Assembly (NCBI GenBank): GCA_037444445.1
Contig: JBBIMK010000005.1
Location: forward strand, 30,001 to 62,000
Direction of reading: 5' to 3'
DNA length: 32,000 bases
DNA from: a bacterium
Lineage (GTDB): Bacteria; UBP7; UBA6624; JBBIMK01
Within the stretch, counting starts at the first letter, position 1, and each line of letters opens with the position of its first letter. Under the pieces are notes generated by a model. That model saw only the letters and a list, made by a program, of their open reading frames with translations, made no database searches and had not been told where the DNA came from. Positions 17,301 through 24,253 of this stretch are shown piece after piece. Position numbers and translations under genes: made by a program.

Positions 17301-18013
17301 TAACGGAGATTGATGACATGGGACGATTTGCCCGCAATATGGCTCTTTCCATTCTCAATTACCGGGAATGGTTCTATATGAATCCGACCCTGGATGTGAA
17401 TGATGCGAACCAGGGGTCCGCCGCGGACTGGGTTGGAAATTTCACCGATGGCATTTTTGGGATGACTGGCTTTTGTGCTCCATCATTATACACCCAGTTC
17501 CTTCAATCGGTGGCAGGTTTTGACCCGTATTCTGCCGATAATCCTTCCGTCTGCGCCAATGCTTTTCGGGCGAAACTCAATTTCCCAAACCATTCCATCA
17601 ATCCGCCCTTCCGGAATATCGCTCAACTGCTGGATGTGGCGTGGGAGCCCACCTATCCTGTCTCAGCCACCCCTCCCTCTTCTGCCGATGACCCGAGGGA
17701 TGTGATTGCCAAGTGGCGCGTCCTCTGCTTAAACGACGATTCAAGTATTATGGGCCCAGAGTGCCGGGATGAATCCGACCTGGATGGTTTACCATCGCCT
17801 CCATATGAACTCACCCGCTCCGCCGCTGTTCTTGCCCGCATTGACCAGGACATCACCGTGAAATCTTTTGCCTATCGCCTGGAGAGTCTGGGGAAAGTGG
17901 GCCCTTCCTCCCAGGGGAAACTCTTGATTTACAACCTGGGAGCCTTTCCACCCCTGAAAGAAATTGAACTGGTCGTGAAAGATGAGACCTCTCTCTTCAC
18001 CAAATACTACTGA
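14381..18013 (+). CDS. GspK/PilX-like pseudopilin-class protein, giant (1210 aa)
   Basis: N-terminus ...RVKQKGIALLAVLVFVAFAMPIVVILL lacks Glu+5, as in GspK/PilX. A C-terminal segment YFRGKININTAPFPVLKALF (17234-17278 for ININTAPFPVLKALF) matches the GspK NxNTA helix-hairpin-helix motif. RBS GAGGTG. Last gene of the pseudopilin block, as gspK usually is. Confidence 0.75.
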   Translation: MFRKQQKRTAFLRVKQKGIALLAVLVFVAFAMPIVVILLSLTAVEAQFPKAEITTRTTEEVSNAGFQDFLQHLFTSAPRFLWQCDAVGARANDDYRYYSPFLTVDSLASFWIRYPFLQPAEVYDPDITSRFRTANSLTVYPYYEWMDLADPYCEPDAGLGGGTPAAGVRTHLFLAFMPFGKRSIAFDIPDPLGLDLRSYINFAPGDPWNLTGRMNSMPVPNQPLFNLLSLVNDAKRAPYEFFIAGDTDPQANHPYNPYERVENSGFPTSVWPYDPVLPGEGFSLPVRGSILSDPDTGRPLENPLPTSNHLSYDAGVDIVPTGFEVSATDEGSRFPLYDFYHNPDDGYFFNPLPNPDPATSLPSRRFLDNLNNTSWVNTGYIQQHVALGWLIKGFGTDPAASRSKNRALLSYMTYYDMGDVGAPPGASDPQVVNNTRDDYDGNGYVDEPMRPFPGDLKEIQDVNLVKDTGERRGSGIGPAVFSWIKHLVTLYSAPAEQLSTLVNDPIITELLFGQGSLPCTSFTIYSDKAFHYCTLFDLYTPIQDQPAPGQPGWPTTNTCTSFRDLDGDGNPDTPQDCLLAFTDTNANKNLNDTLNWMTAFGQGDGNANNNIVDPETFYNFLTNTNSTVAVELTPLHDLLMRYLSPFFPAPFDYFQDLLARRVLGHWAAWQYFFRYSLTPNTNNCFGINGLDGDDDMKLARYHGIADSLIPIPTVGPWFDPGNVTEACGTTTSGDPMDFPSLVVGVDLGCGFNPGDPPPCPPGQSNGILEVDPNDPYCDNLSQNGLGAGNPPVYPDCYQPLIEDGLLIRPAFIVPDRLPQGLSFDASNPIPGSIRLTDELILFEILSSIAYADSPYRTYLDSDLDSRDDNNGPGNPPDPFPVNDICDPQGMRVQVGASILNSSSQNSGYYEADGRDTPGVGASCSNPPGGTLPDGWLNQDPANARPLYFRGKININTAPFPVLKALFAKLLTDDVTEIDDMGRFARNMALSILNYREWFYMNPTLDVNDANQGSAADWVGNFTDGIFGMTGFCAPSLYTQFLQSVAGFDPYSADNPSVCANAFRAKLNFPNHSINPPFRNIAQLLDVAWEPTYPVSATPPSSADDPRDVIAKWRVLCLNDDSSIMGPECRDESDLDGLPSPPYELTRSAAVLARIDQDITVKSFAYRLESLGKVGPSSQGKLLIYNLGAFPPLKEIELVVKDETSLFTKYY

Positions 18014-18026
18014 TTTTTTATGCGAC

Positions 18027-18055
18027 TTGACTTTTCTTTTTGTTTAAGAGATAAT
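18027..18055 (+). promoter_or_regulatory. Candidate internal promoter upstream of the secretin gene
   Basis: TTGACT (18027-18032), 17-nt spacer, GATAAT (18050-18055), in the 85-nt gap between the GspK-like stop and the secretin GTG start. Confidence 0.45.
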
Positions 18056-18098
18056 TAAAGTACCAGATGACAGGAACAGGTGGAAGGAGGGATCTGGA

Positions 18099-21000
18099 GT
18101 GAGGGAAGTGAGCAGGGGTTTTTTCTTTTCTCTACTGGGGTTCTTCGCCGTCGCAACTCCCTTGATAGCGGCGAATGAGAAGGTAAAAGTGAAGTATGAG
18201 GTGAAGGAGCAGGAGGACCGGGAAGTGGTGGCCATTCATTTCTCCTCTCCCGCCACTTACCGGATTGACACGGTGGACTTTCCCACCCGGTTAATGGTGG
18301 TTATTGAGAACGGGGAACTGGATACAGGTGTTCCCGCCACTCTGAATCGGGAAGGGAAAGTCATCAAGCAAATTCGGACGATTCTCGTGGGCAAGCCCGA
18401 GCAGATGAACCTGGTTCTGTACATCAATATTCGGACTTCTCTGGAGAAGGATGATTATTATTCCAAGCCCACCAGCGATGTGGATTTGGAAGTGGGTGTG
18501 TATAAGTGGGTGCTGGATAAATCCAAGAAGCCAGCGGTTCCTCCGGAGGAGAAGCCGAAGCCGAAAGAGGAGATAAAGCCACCTGCTAAACCCGAGGAGA
18601 AGCCACCGGAGGTTCCTGCTCCTCCCAAGCCGGAGGAGAAGCCTCCCGAGGCTCCACCCCGTCCCGGTCGTTTTAGCCTTTCCTCCATCACCTGGTCTTC
18701 TGTGGAGAACAAGGACCGATTTGAACTCCAGGTTACTCCGATGGACCATCTGGAATACACAGTTATAAAAAATTATTATCCCACACGTGTGGTGATTACT
18801 CTTCGGAATACTGTTCCGGGAGATGAAGCAGGATTTGTGGACAAACTGCTGGAGAAATCCATCACGGGATTGAATGTGTCCCGGTATCGGGGGTTGATAT
18901 TTGAGGACCATAAGGGGCCATCAGTGGAAATCGTTCTATATCTGACGGAGGACACGGCGATTTCTTCTTATGTAGAAGATGGGAAATTAGTGGTGGAAGT
19001 GATGGCACCTGTGGTTGCGCCACCGGTGCCACCGGCGCCGCCGGCACCTCCTGCACCGCCGGAGGTTCCACCGGCGCCTCCTGCACCGCCACCTGCACCA
19101 CCGGAGGTTCCACCGGCACCTCCTCCGCCGGAAGTACCTCCGCCTCCACCGCCACCTGCTCCACCGCCACCTGCTCCGCCTGCACCTCCCGTAGCTCCTC
19201 CGCCCCCTCCGCCTCCACCTCCGCCGGAAGTACCACCACCTCCTCCCCCTCCTCCACCTCCACCTCTTCCTGTAAAGAAAGCGGCATTTGAGATTCTTGC
19301 CTACGAGTTCACTTCTGCAGAGAATCTGGAAACCGTGACGATTACCTTCAGCGCTCCTTTGAGTAGCATAGATTATTCACCGCCGGCAAAATATTACTTT
19401 CCCACCCGAATCACGGTGACGGTAAAGGATGCTATTCTGAGCGAGACTCTGGGTGGAGAAGCAGGTTTTGAAAAGCCTGTAGAGGGGCGTACCATTCACA
19501 TGGTCAAAGGAGTATTTTATCCGGAAATACCGATGACCGAAATTGTGCTTTATCTGCGCGAGGACCGGATATACAACTATAAGGTTGTGAACAGCACTCT
19601 CGTGATTGAGGTGCAGGCGCCCGCAGTGGCTCCTCCACTGAAGCCGGAGGTAAAACCTGCACCACCTACGACGCCTGTGGAAGCCATATCTAAAGAGGAA
19701 TTTCCGGAGATAGATATATCCGTGAAGGAGGGGGCTTATGAACTACCACCGCCCCCGCGAAGGAAATATAAGGTGAGCGACCATGTGGTTCAGGTGGACA
19801 CACCGGGGCTTATGCCTGTGTCCGACATCATCATGCAAATGGCACGAGAAGCCAATGTGGGCGTGGTGTTTGACGCCAGTGCCTTCGCCGGGGTTGTTGG
19901 TGGACCCGGTGGCGGTGTAGGAGGTGTGGGCGGTCCAGGGGCGGGTGGGACCGGCCTCGGTAGTGCACGAGCCCTGATTATGGTTCACCTTCCCCCGATG
20001 CCCTTTGATGATGCCCTGGATGTGGTGACGAAAGCCTCGGGGCTGGAATGGAGGGTTCGCGAGTCGGAAGCGCCCTCCCTGGAAGGAACGGGCACCCCGA
20101 TTGTCCTGATTGGGCAACGATACCGCCTGGAGCAAGCCTACGGCATTCAAGTGTTAGATGCGATTCAGATTACTTATGCCAATCCGACAGCGCTGGTGCA
20201 GATGATTCTGGCGCTGGATTTGCACCCCTGCTTCAGCACGATTACAGGAGGCGGAGGATTCGGTGGCGGATACGGAGGATTCGGCGGCGGATTCGGTGGT
20301 GGCCTCGGTGGCTTAGGCGGCGGTCAACTGCCTTCCACCGGTAATTTCCTTTATGTTGCGAAGCCGAATCTGCTGGTTATCCGTGGAACACCGGAGATGA
20401 TAGCCGCAATCAAGGAAGCGGTATTAAAAGTTGACCGTCCACCCCGACAGGTAGAGTTGAGTTTCTCGCTGTTTTCTATAGACCGGAGCGCAGTGGTGAA
20501 CTATGGCCTGGCAGCACAGCCTTTAACGACCTATCTTTCTGACCGTTTTCGGGTGAACTTCGGAGCCCAGGGTGGTCTGGCTGTGGCGATTCTGGGGAAG
20601 AACCAAAGCCAGCAGATAGAGGATTTTACCACCGCTCTGGATGCCCTGGTTTCCCAGAGAAAGGCAAAGATTCTGACTGCGCCCCGGGTGGTGGCGGTTG
20701 ACGGCGTTCCGGCACAAATCAACATTACCACGGCTACGCCTGTAGTCTTCACCGTCATCACTTATGTTCAGGCTCCTGGCGGTGGTTTCACTCCGGTTCA
20801 AACCACGGTAATTCAAACGTTGACCACGGGTATCTCTTTCGGCGCTCTGGCGAACATAGATAATGAGGGAAATACCTGCCTGGGGTTAGCGCCCTCATTC
20901 AGCGAAATCAAGGGATTTGTTACCACGCCCCAAGGAAACCAGGTTCCTATCACTGAAACTACCAGCATCTCTACCATCGTTTGCTTAAAGGATGGTGATA

Positions 21001-21179
21001 CCCTCATTCTCGGTGGATTAACCCGGGAAAATATTTCCCGGCAGAAGGGGCAGGTTCCCCTTCTCGGCGACTTGCCCGTGATAGGACGCCTCTTCAGCCG
21101 GATAGAGACCAACAAAACCCAGCAAGAAATTCTTCTGATGATTACTGTTCGACTGGTTCCCAGCATAGGCGGGATATAA
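18099..21179 (+). CDS. pilQ: Secretin (PilQ/GspD family) with three AMIN-like modules and low-complexity spacers
   Basis: GTG start 8 nt after GGAAGGAGG. Signal peptide MREVSRGFFFSLLGFFAVATPLIAANE. Three about 100-aa modules each contain an F/Y-P-T-R-hydrophobic strand (DFPTRLMVVIEN, YYPTRVVITLRN, YFPTRITVTVKD), and the 2nd and 3rd end in LV(V/I)EV (KLVVEV, TLVIEV). N0/N1-like domains follow. The C-terminal secretin core has GQVPLLGDLPVIGRLFSRIETNKTQQEILLMITVRLV. Confidence 0.92.
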   Translation: MREVSRGFFFSLLGFFAVATPLIAANEKVKVKYEVKEQEDREVVAIHFSSPATYRIDTVDFPTRLMVVIENGELDTGVPATLNREGKVIKQIRTILVGKPEQMNLVLYINIRTSLEKDDYYSKPTSDVDLEVGVYKWVLDKSKKPAVPPEEKPKPKEEIKPPAKPEEKPPEVPAPPKPEEKPPEAPPRPGRFSLSSITWSSVENKDRFELQVTPMDHLEYTVIKNYYPTRVVITLRNTVPGDEAGFVDKLLEKSITGLNVSRYRGLIFEDHKGPSVEIVLYLTEDTAISSYVEDGKLVVEVMAPVVAPPVPPAPPAPPAPPEVPPAPPAPPPAPPEVPPAPPPPEVPPPPPPPAPPPPAPPAPPVAPPPPPPPPPPEVPPPPPPPPPPPLPVKKAAFEILAYEFTSAENLETVTITFSAPLSSIDYSPPAKYYFPTRITVTVKDAILSETLGGEAGFEKPVEGRTIHMVKGVFYPEIPMTEIVLYLREDRIYNYKVVNSTLVIEVQAPAVAPPLKPEVKPAPPTTPVEAISKEEFPEIDISVKEGAYELPPPPRRKYKVSDHVVQVDTPGLMPVSDIIMQMAREANVGVVFDASAFAGVVGGPGGGVGGVGGPGAGGTGLGSARALIMVHLPPMPFDDALDVVTKASGLEWRVRESEAPSLEGTGTPIVLIGQRYRLEQAYGIQVLDAIQITYANPTALVQMILALDLHPCFSTITGGGGFGGGYGGFGGGFGGGLGGLGGGQLPSTGNFLYVAKPNLLVIRGTPEMIAAIKEAVLKVDRPPRQVELSFSLFSIDRSAVVNYGLAAQPLTTYLSDRFRVNFGAQGGLAVAILGKNQSQQIEDFTTALDALVSQRKAKILTAPRVVAVDGVPAQINITTATPVVFTVITYVQAPGGGFTPVQTTVIQTLTTGISFGALANIDNEGNTCLGLAPSFSEIKGFVTTPQGNQVPITETTSISTIVCLKDGDTLILGGLTRENISRQKGQVPLLGDLPVIGRLFSRIETNKTQQEILLMITVRLVPSIGGI
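19005..19274 (+). repeat. Imperfect tandem CCN-rich repeat encoding a 90-aa poly-proline spacer inside the secretin
   Basis: Direct translation gives 63 Pro in 90 residues, with units like PPAPPAPPEV. There are uninterrupted runs of 10 Pro (19197-19226) and 11 Pro (19233-19265). Confidence 0.95.
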
Positions 21180-21248
21180 TATAATTGAGGATGAAAGAGG
21201 ATTGCCTGAGGGATGAGGGATGTATTCAAAAGAGGGAGGTGAAAGGAG

Positions 21249-23345
21249 ATGGCGTTAGGAATTAGTTTGAGGAGAGGAAAGGAGAAGGAGAAGCCGGCGG
21301 GTTCTGTGGAGCGGCGGGAGCGGCGTGCCCGGGTGCCCCGACGAAAAATCAAGAGGACGAAATCATTTATAGGAATAGATTTTCTTTCCAATCAGGTTCG
21401 GATTACGCAAATTAGCAAAAAGGGGAAAGAGGTAAAACTGGAACGGGTGACGGTGGGTGAAATACCATCAGAGATTTTCCGCCTGGGAAAGGTTTCCGAT
21501 GTAGGAGCGCTGGCGGAAGTTCTGCACAAAATCATGACTGAAGCGGGCATCACAGGTTCCTTTGTGGTCCTCTCCCTTTCCGGGATGAACTCCGTCGTTC
21601 GGGTTATCACCCTTCCCAAGATGACGCGTTCCCAGTTGAGAGAGACGATGGAAGTCCAGTTAGGGCAATTCGTTCCCTTTCCGCCCGAGGACACGGTCTA
21701 CCAATACAAAATCCTCGGGGAAGTGGTGGAAGAGGAAACGCCCATGTATGAAATCCTGCTGGCGGCGGCCCGATATTCCCTCATTCATCCCCTCGTCCAG
21801 GCAGTCATCTCGCTGGGGCTTCAGCCCGTTGCGGTCAAAGTTGGATATGTGAGCGTTCTTTCAGTACTCAAGCGATATTATGAAGATTTTGCCCAGGCGG
21901 TAGCCATCGTTGACCTGCGAGATAAGTTCTGCGACATATCCTTTGTGGCTGAGAATTCCTTCCAGTTCTCTCGGACGGTAGAGTTTGGGTTAGAGACGAT
22001 TTACACCAAGATTGGGAGTCTGGTGGGGCTAACCACCAAAGAGATACGGGAACGATTGAAGGAAGGCGAGATAGACCTGATGGCACCGGTGGCGACGGAG
22101 GTAGAAGAAGGTGCAAGTGAGACGACTCGGCTGGTGGAGGGGTTAAAGAACGCCTTTCAGAGTTTCGCCAACGAGTTAGTTCGCTCAGTCCGCTACTATG
22201 AGGCAAAGAGCCGACGGAAACTCCGTGTTGGACGAATCGTGCTTGTCGGCGGTGTGTCCAATTTTGTGAACCTGGAATCCTTCTTGATGGAAACCACGGC
22301 GGTGGATGTAGTGATTGGGGACCCGCTGGAAAATGTGGATTATTCTACGGCGGAATGGTTTCCCCCGGAATACAAGGCGAATATCAGTGAAATCGCGGTG
22401 AGCCTCGGGCTGGCAGCGGATGGGATGAACCCGAAAACCCGAAAAGACTTGAACCTTTTGCCCCGGGAATTTCTGGTTCGCAAGCAGGTTCAAAATGTGG
22501 TGGTGGGCTTTATAGCCGTTGTGGCCGTGGCAGGGGTGTTTATGTATACCGTCCGGACTAATCTGCTAAATGAACTGCAAAGGATGCAAGCGGAACAGGC
22601 TCAGTGGGACCAAAAGGTAAAGTCGGTAGAACCAGACGCCAAGCAATTTGACGAAATCCAGGCCCAGATTACCAATGTTTCTCCTCGGATTCGGACCATA
22701 GCCATGGGCTTTGGTTCCCAGTTTCCCTGGACGGTGCTTCTGGAAGAAATTCAGAACCTGACTCCGAAGAATGTATGGTTAGGTCAAACGGCGGGTGGAG
22801 CCTCGACTCCTGAAGGACTCATCCTTGAAAAAATTCCGGCGATTGAGGTCAAAGGACAAGCCATTGGGCTCAGACCTATTTTCACCTTCGCTAAAGCCAT
22901 TTACGACTCTGAGATTTTCGTGGGCGATGTAATGGTGGAATATCAGGAGGCTACCCAGGTAGGGGGAGGAGGGGGAGGAGGTGGCCCAGCGCCGGGAGGG
23001 AGAGGAGGAATGACGCTGTCCTTTCCATTTTCAGAACCTTCCTCTGCTAATGCCAATGTCCCTCTGGGGGTGGGTTCCGACCTGGGACAATTGCTCCAGT
23101 ATTTTGAAATAGTTCGGGAATTTCCGATTCTGTATAATTTTACACTGAAATTTCAGATGGACCAAGATTTGATACAGCCGAAAGCCTTGATAGAGAAATT
23201 TAATGAAATAATGGGAACAGCAGGAGGTGGTGCAGGTGGAACTGGAACCCAGGGTCAACCCGGCGGAGCTGCCCCCGCGGGGGGGGCGCCCGGGGGTTTC
23301 CAGCCCGGACCTGGCGGTCCCGGCCCCGGCCCCGGCCCCGGGTGA
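21249..23345 (+). CDS. pilM: PilM-PilN fusion protein (GspL-like topology) with glycine-rich C-terminal tail
   Basis: RBS GGAGGTGAAAGGAG. Actin-like ATPase fold motifs FIGIDFLSNQVRI, VDLRDKFCDISF, IVLVGGVSNFVNLESF (PilM). These are followed in the same ORF by the PilN signature LNLLP (22449-22463), the TM helix VVVGFIAVVAVAGVFMYTV, the coiled coil NLLNELQRMQAEQAQWDQKV and a periplasmic domain. The protein ends ...GGFQPGPGGPGPGPGPG. Confidence 0.85.
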   Translation: MALGISLRRGKEKEKPAGSVERRERRARVPRRKIKRTKSFIGIDFLSNQVRITQISKKGKEVKLERVTVGEIPSEIFRLGKVSDVGALAEVLHKIMTEAGITGSFVVLSLSGMNSVVRVITLPKMTRSQLRETMEVQLGQFVPFPPEDTVYQYKILGEVVEEETPMYEILLAAARYSLIHPLVQAVISLGLQPVAVKVGYVSVLSVLKRYYEDFAQAVAIVDLRDKFCDISFVAENSFQFSRTVEFGLETIYTKIGSLVGLTTKEIRERLKEGEIDLMAPVATEVEEGASETTRLVEGLKNAFQSFANELVRSVRYYEAKSRRKLRVGRIVLVGGVSNFVNLESFLMETTAVDVVIGDPLENVDYSTAEWFPPEYKANISEIAVSLGLAADGMNPKTRKDLNLLPREFLVRKQVQNVVVGFIAVVAVAGVFMYTVRTNLLNELQRMQAEQAQWDQKVKSVEPDAKQFDEIQAQITNVSPRIRTIAMGFGSQFPWTVLLEEIQNLTPKNVWLGQTAGGASTPEGLILEKIPAIEVKGQAIGLRPIFTFAKAIYDSEIFVGDVMVEYQEATQVGGGGGGGGPAPGGRGGMTLSFPFSEPSSANANVPLGVGSDLGQLLQYFEIVREFPILYNFTLKFQMDQDLIQPKALIEKFNEIMGTAGGGAGGTGTQGQPGGAAPAGGAPGGFQPGPGGPGPGPGPG

Positions 23346-24216
23346 AGTCCCCGCTTTTGATTTTGCAAAAGCCCAGAAGAGAAGCCAGACCTTCCTCTGG
23401 GGAACCGCTATCTTCGCAGTTCTCGCTATCATTGCCATCCTCTACGGATATTATTCCGGCGTGGTCTCCCCCTTAAAAACTCAAATAGAAGCCTCTCGCT
23501 CTCAGATTGGGCAGTTGAAGAGTAAGTATGACGCAGATAAAAAGAAACAGGAGGCTCTCCCTTATCTGAAAGTTCTGCAAAAAGCCGTGAATGACAAGTG
23601 GCAGTTCGTTCTGGCTGAAGATGTCCCTGAGAAGCGTCGGTGGTTCTTCAAAAGTTACTGGGAAGTGCTGGACCATTTCGGGCAGAACTGGGTGGATACC
23701 TGTGAAATCTCCTATGTCGTTCCGATAGAATTTAAGCTGAAACTTTTGGAGAATCGGGACTGGACCTATGAACACACCTGGACTGCGAGGAAAATGTCGG
23801 ATATCAGCACGAAATGGAGGCAGTCAGGCCAGACTCAAAAAGCTCGTATCTCTGAGACGGGGATGGCCATCACCGGAAATGACCTGTTGATTACCCTGCC
23901 GTTTGAGATGAAGGTGGCAGGAGAATACCAGAGCATCAAAGATTTCCTGGATAATATGTTCTACCATTCTCCTTACTTTATGGCAATCTTTTCCATCAAG
24001 CTCTCGTACATTTCCGAGATGACTACCATCGGGAGTTTTCAGCCTGTGGGAACTATGGAGTTAGCAGAAATGAAAGGGGCATATTTTTACCTCAATCCTA
24101 CGGGCGCTCCGAACACGAGTTTCCTGCCTGCCCAGATGGGTGGAGGAATGGGATCTATGGGTGCTGGCGGTGGAGGCTCAGGAATCCGGGAACTTCCAGG
24201 CGGTGCTGCATTATGA
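23236..24216 (+). CDS. PilO/GspM-like bitopic inner-membrane protein (start uncertain: GTG 23227, 23230 or 23236)
   Basis: Cytoplasmic basic stretch FAKAQKRSQ, TM helix TFLWGTAIFAVLAIIAILYGYY, coiled coil LKTQIEASRSQIGQLKSKYDADKKKQEAL, and a C-terminal domain with FEMKVAGEYQSIKDFLDNMFYHSPYFMAIFSIKLS (PilO-like pattern). There is no ATG/GTG/TTG in frame between 23236 and the TM helix. AGGAGG at 23222-23227 lies 8 nt before GTG 23236. Confidence 0.6.
   Translation: MELEPRVNPAELPPRGGRPGVSSPDLAVPAPAPAPGEVPAFDFAKAQKRSQTFLWGTAIFAVLAIIAILYGYYSGVVSPLKTQIEASRSQIGQLKSKYDADKKKQEALPYLKVLQKAVNDKWQFVLAEDVPEKRRWFFKSYWEVLDHFGQNWVDTCEISYVVPIEFKLKLLENRDWTYEHTWTARKMSDISTKWRQSGQTQKARISETGMAITGNDLLITLPFEMKVAGEYQSIKDFLDNMFYHSPYFMAIFSIKLSYISEMTTIGSFQPVGTMELAEMKGAYFYLNPTGAPNTSFLPAQMGGGMGSMGAGGGGSGIRELPGGAAL
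23279..23342 (+). repeat. Simple-sequence tract: G8 homopolymer plus (CGGCCC)x3 hexamer repeat
   Basis: G8 at 23279-23286, G5 at 23292-23296, and CGGCCC repeated at 23321-23338 with an imperfect unit CGGTCC at 23315-23320. It lies inside the region where two ORFs overlap in different frames. Confidence 0.9.
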
Positions 24217-24253
24217 GAGAACACGACCCAGACTTCAAGGAGGTGTTAGATTC

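Noticed and set aside
18291-18911. 206-aa minus-strand ORF antisense to the first AMIN modules of the secretin
   Set aside because: It is the antisense of a Lys/Glu/Pro linker, giving Leu/Arg repeats (LLLRLGRSRNLRWLLLGF). This is not a plausible protein.
18862-19287. 141-aa minus-strand ORF antisense to the secretin polyproline region
   Set aside because: It is the reverse complement of CCN repeats, giving low-complexity E/V/A/G text (EEVEVEEGEEVVV...). It has no RBS context and lies fully inside a well-supported gene. It is a compositional artefact.
20813-21391. 192-aa minus-strand ORF across the secretin / pilM-N junction
   Set aside because: It overlaps the conserved secretin C-terminal core and the PilM start region in antisense. 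It has no recognisable motif.
24140-24253. 5' extension of P1 (ORF-track start 24140); likewise 24807-24926 for the PilP-like gene
   Set aside because: The extensions overlap upstream genes, lack an RBS and encode non-hydrophobic filler. The internal ATGs (24254, 24927) are each preceded by consensus GGAGG elements.
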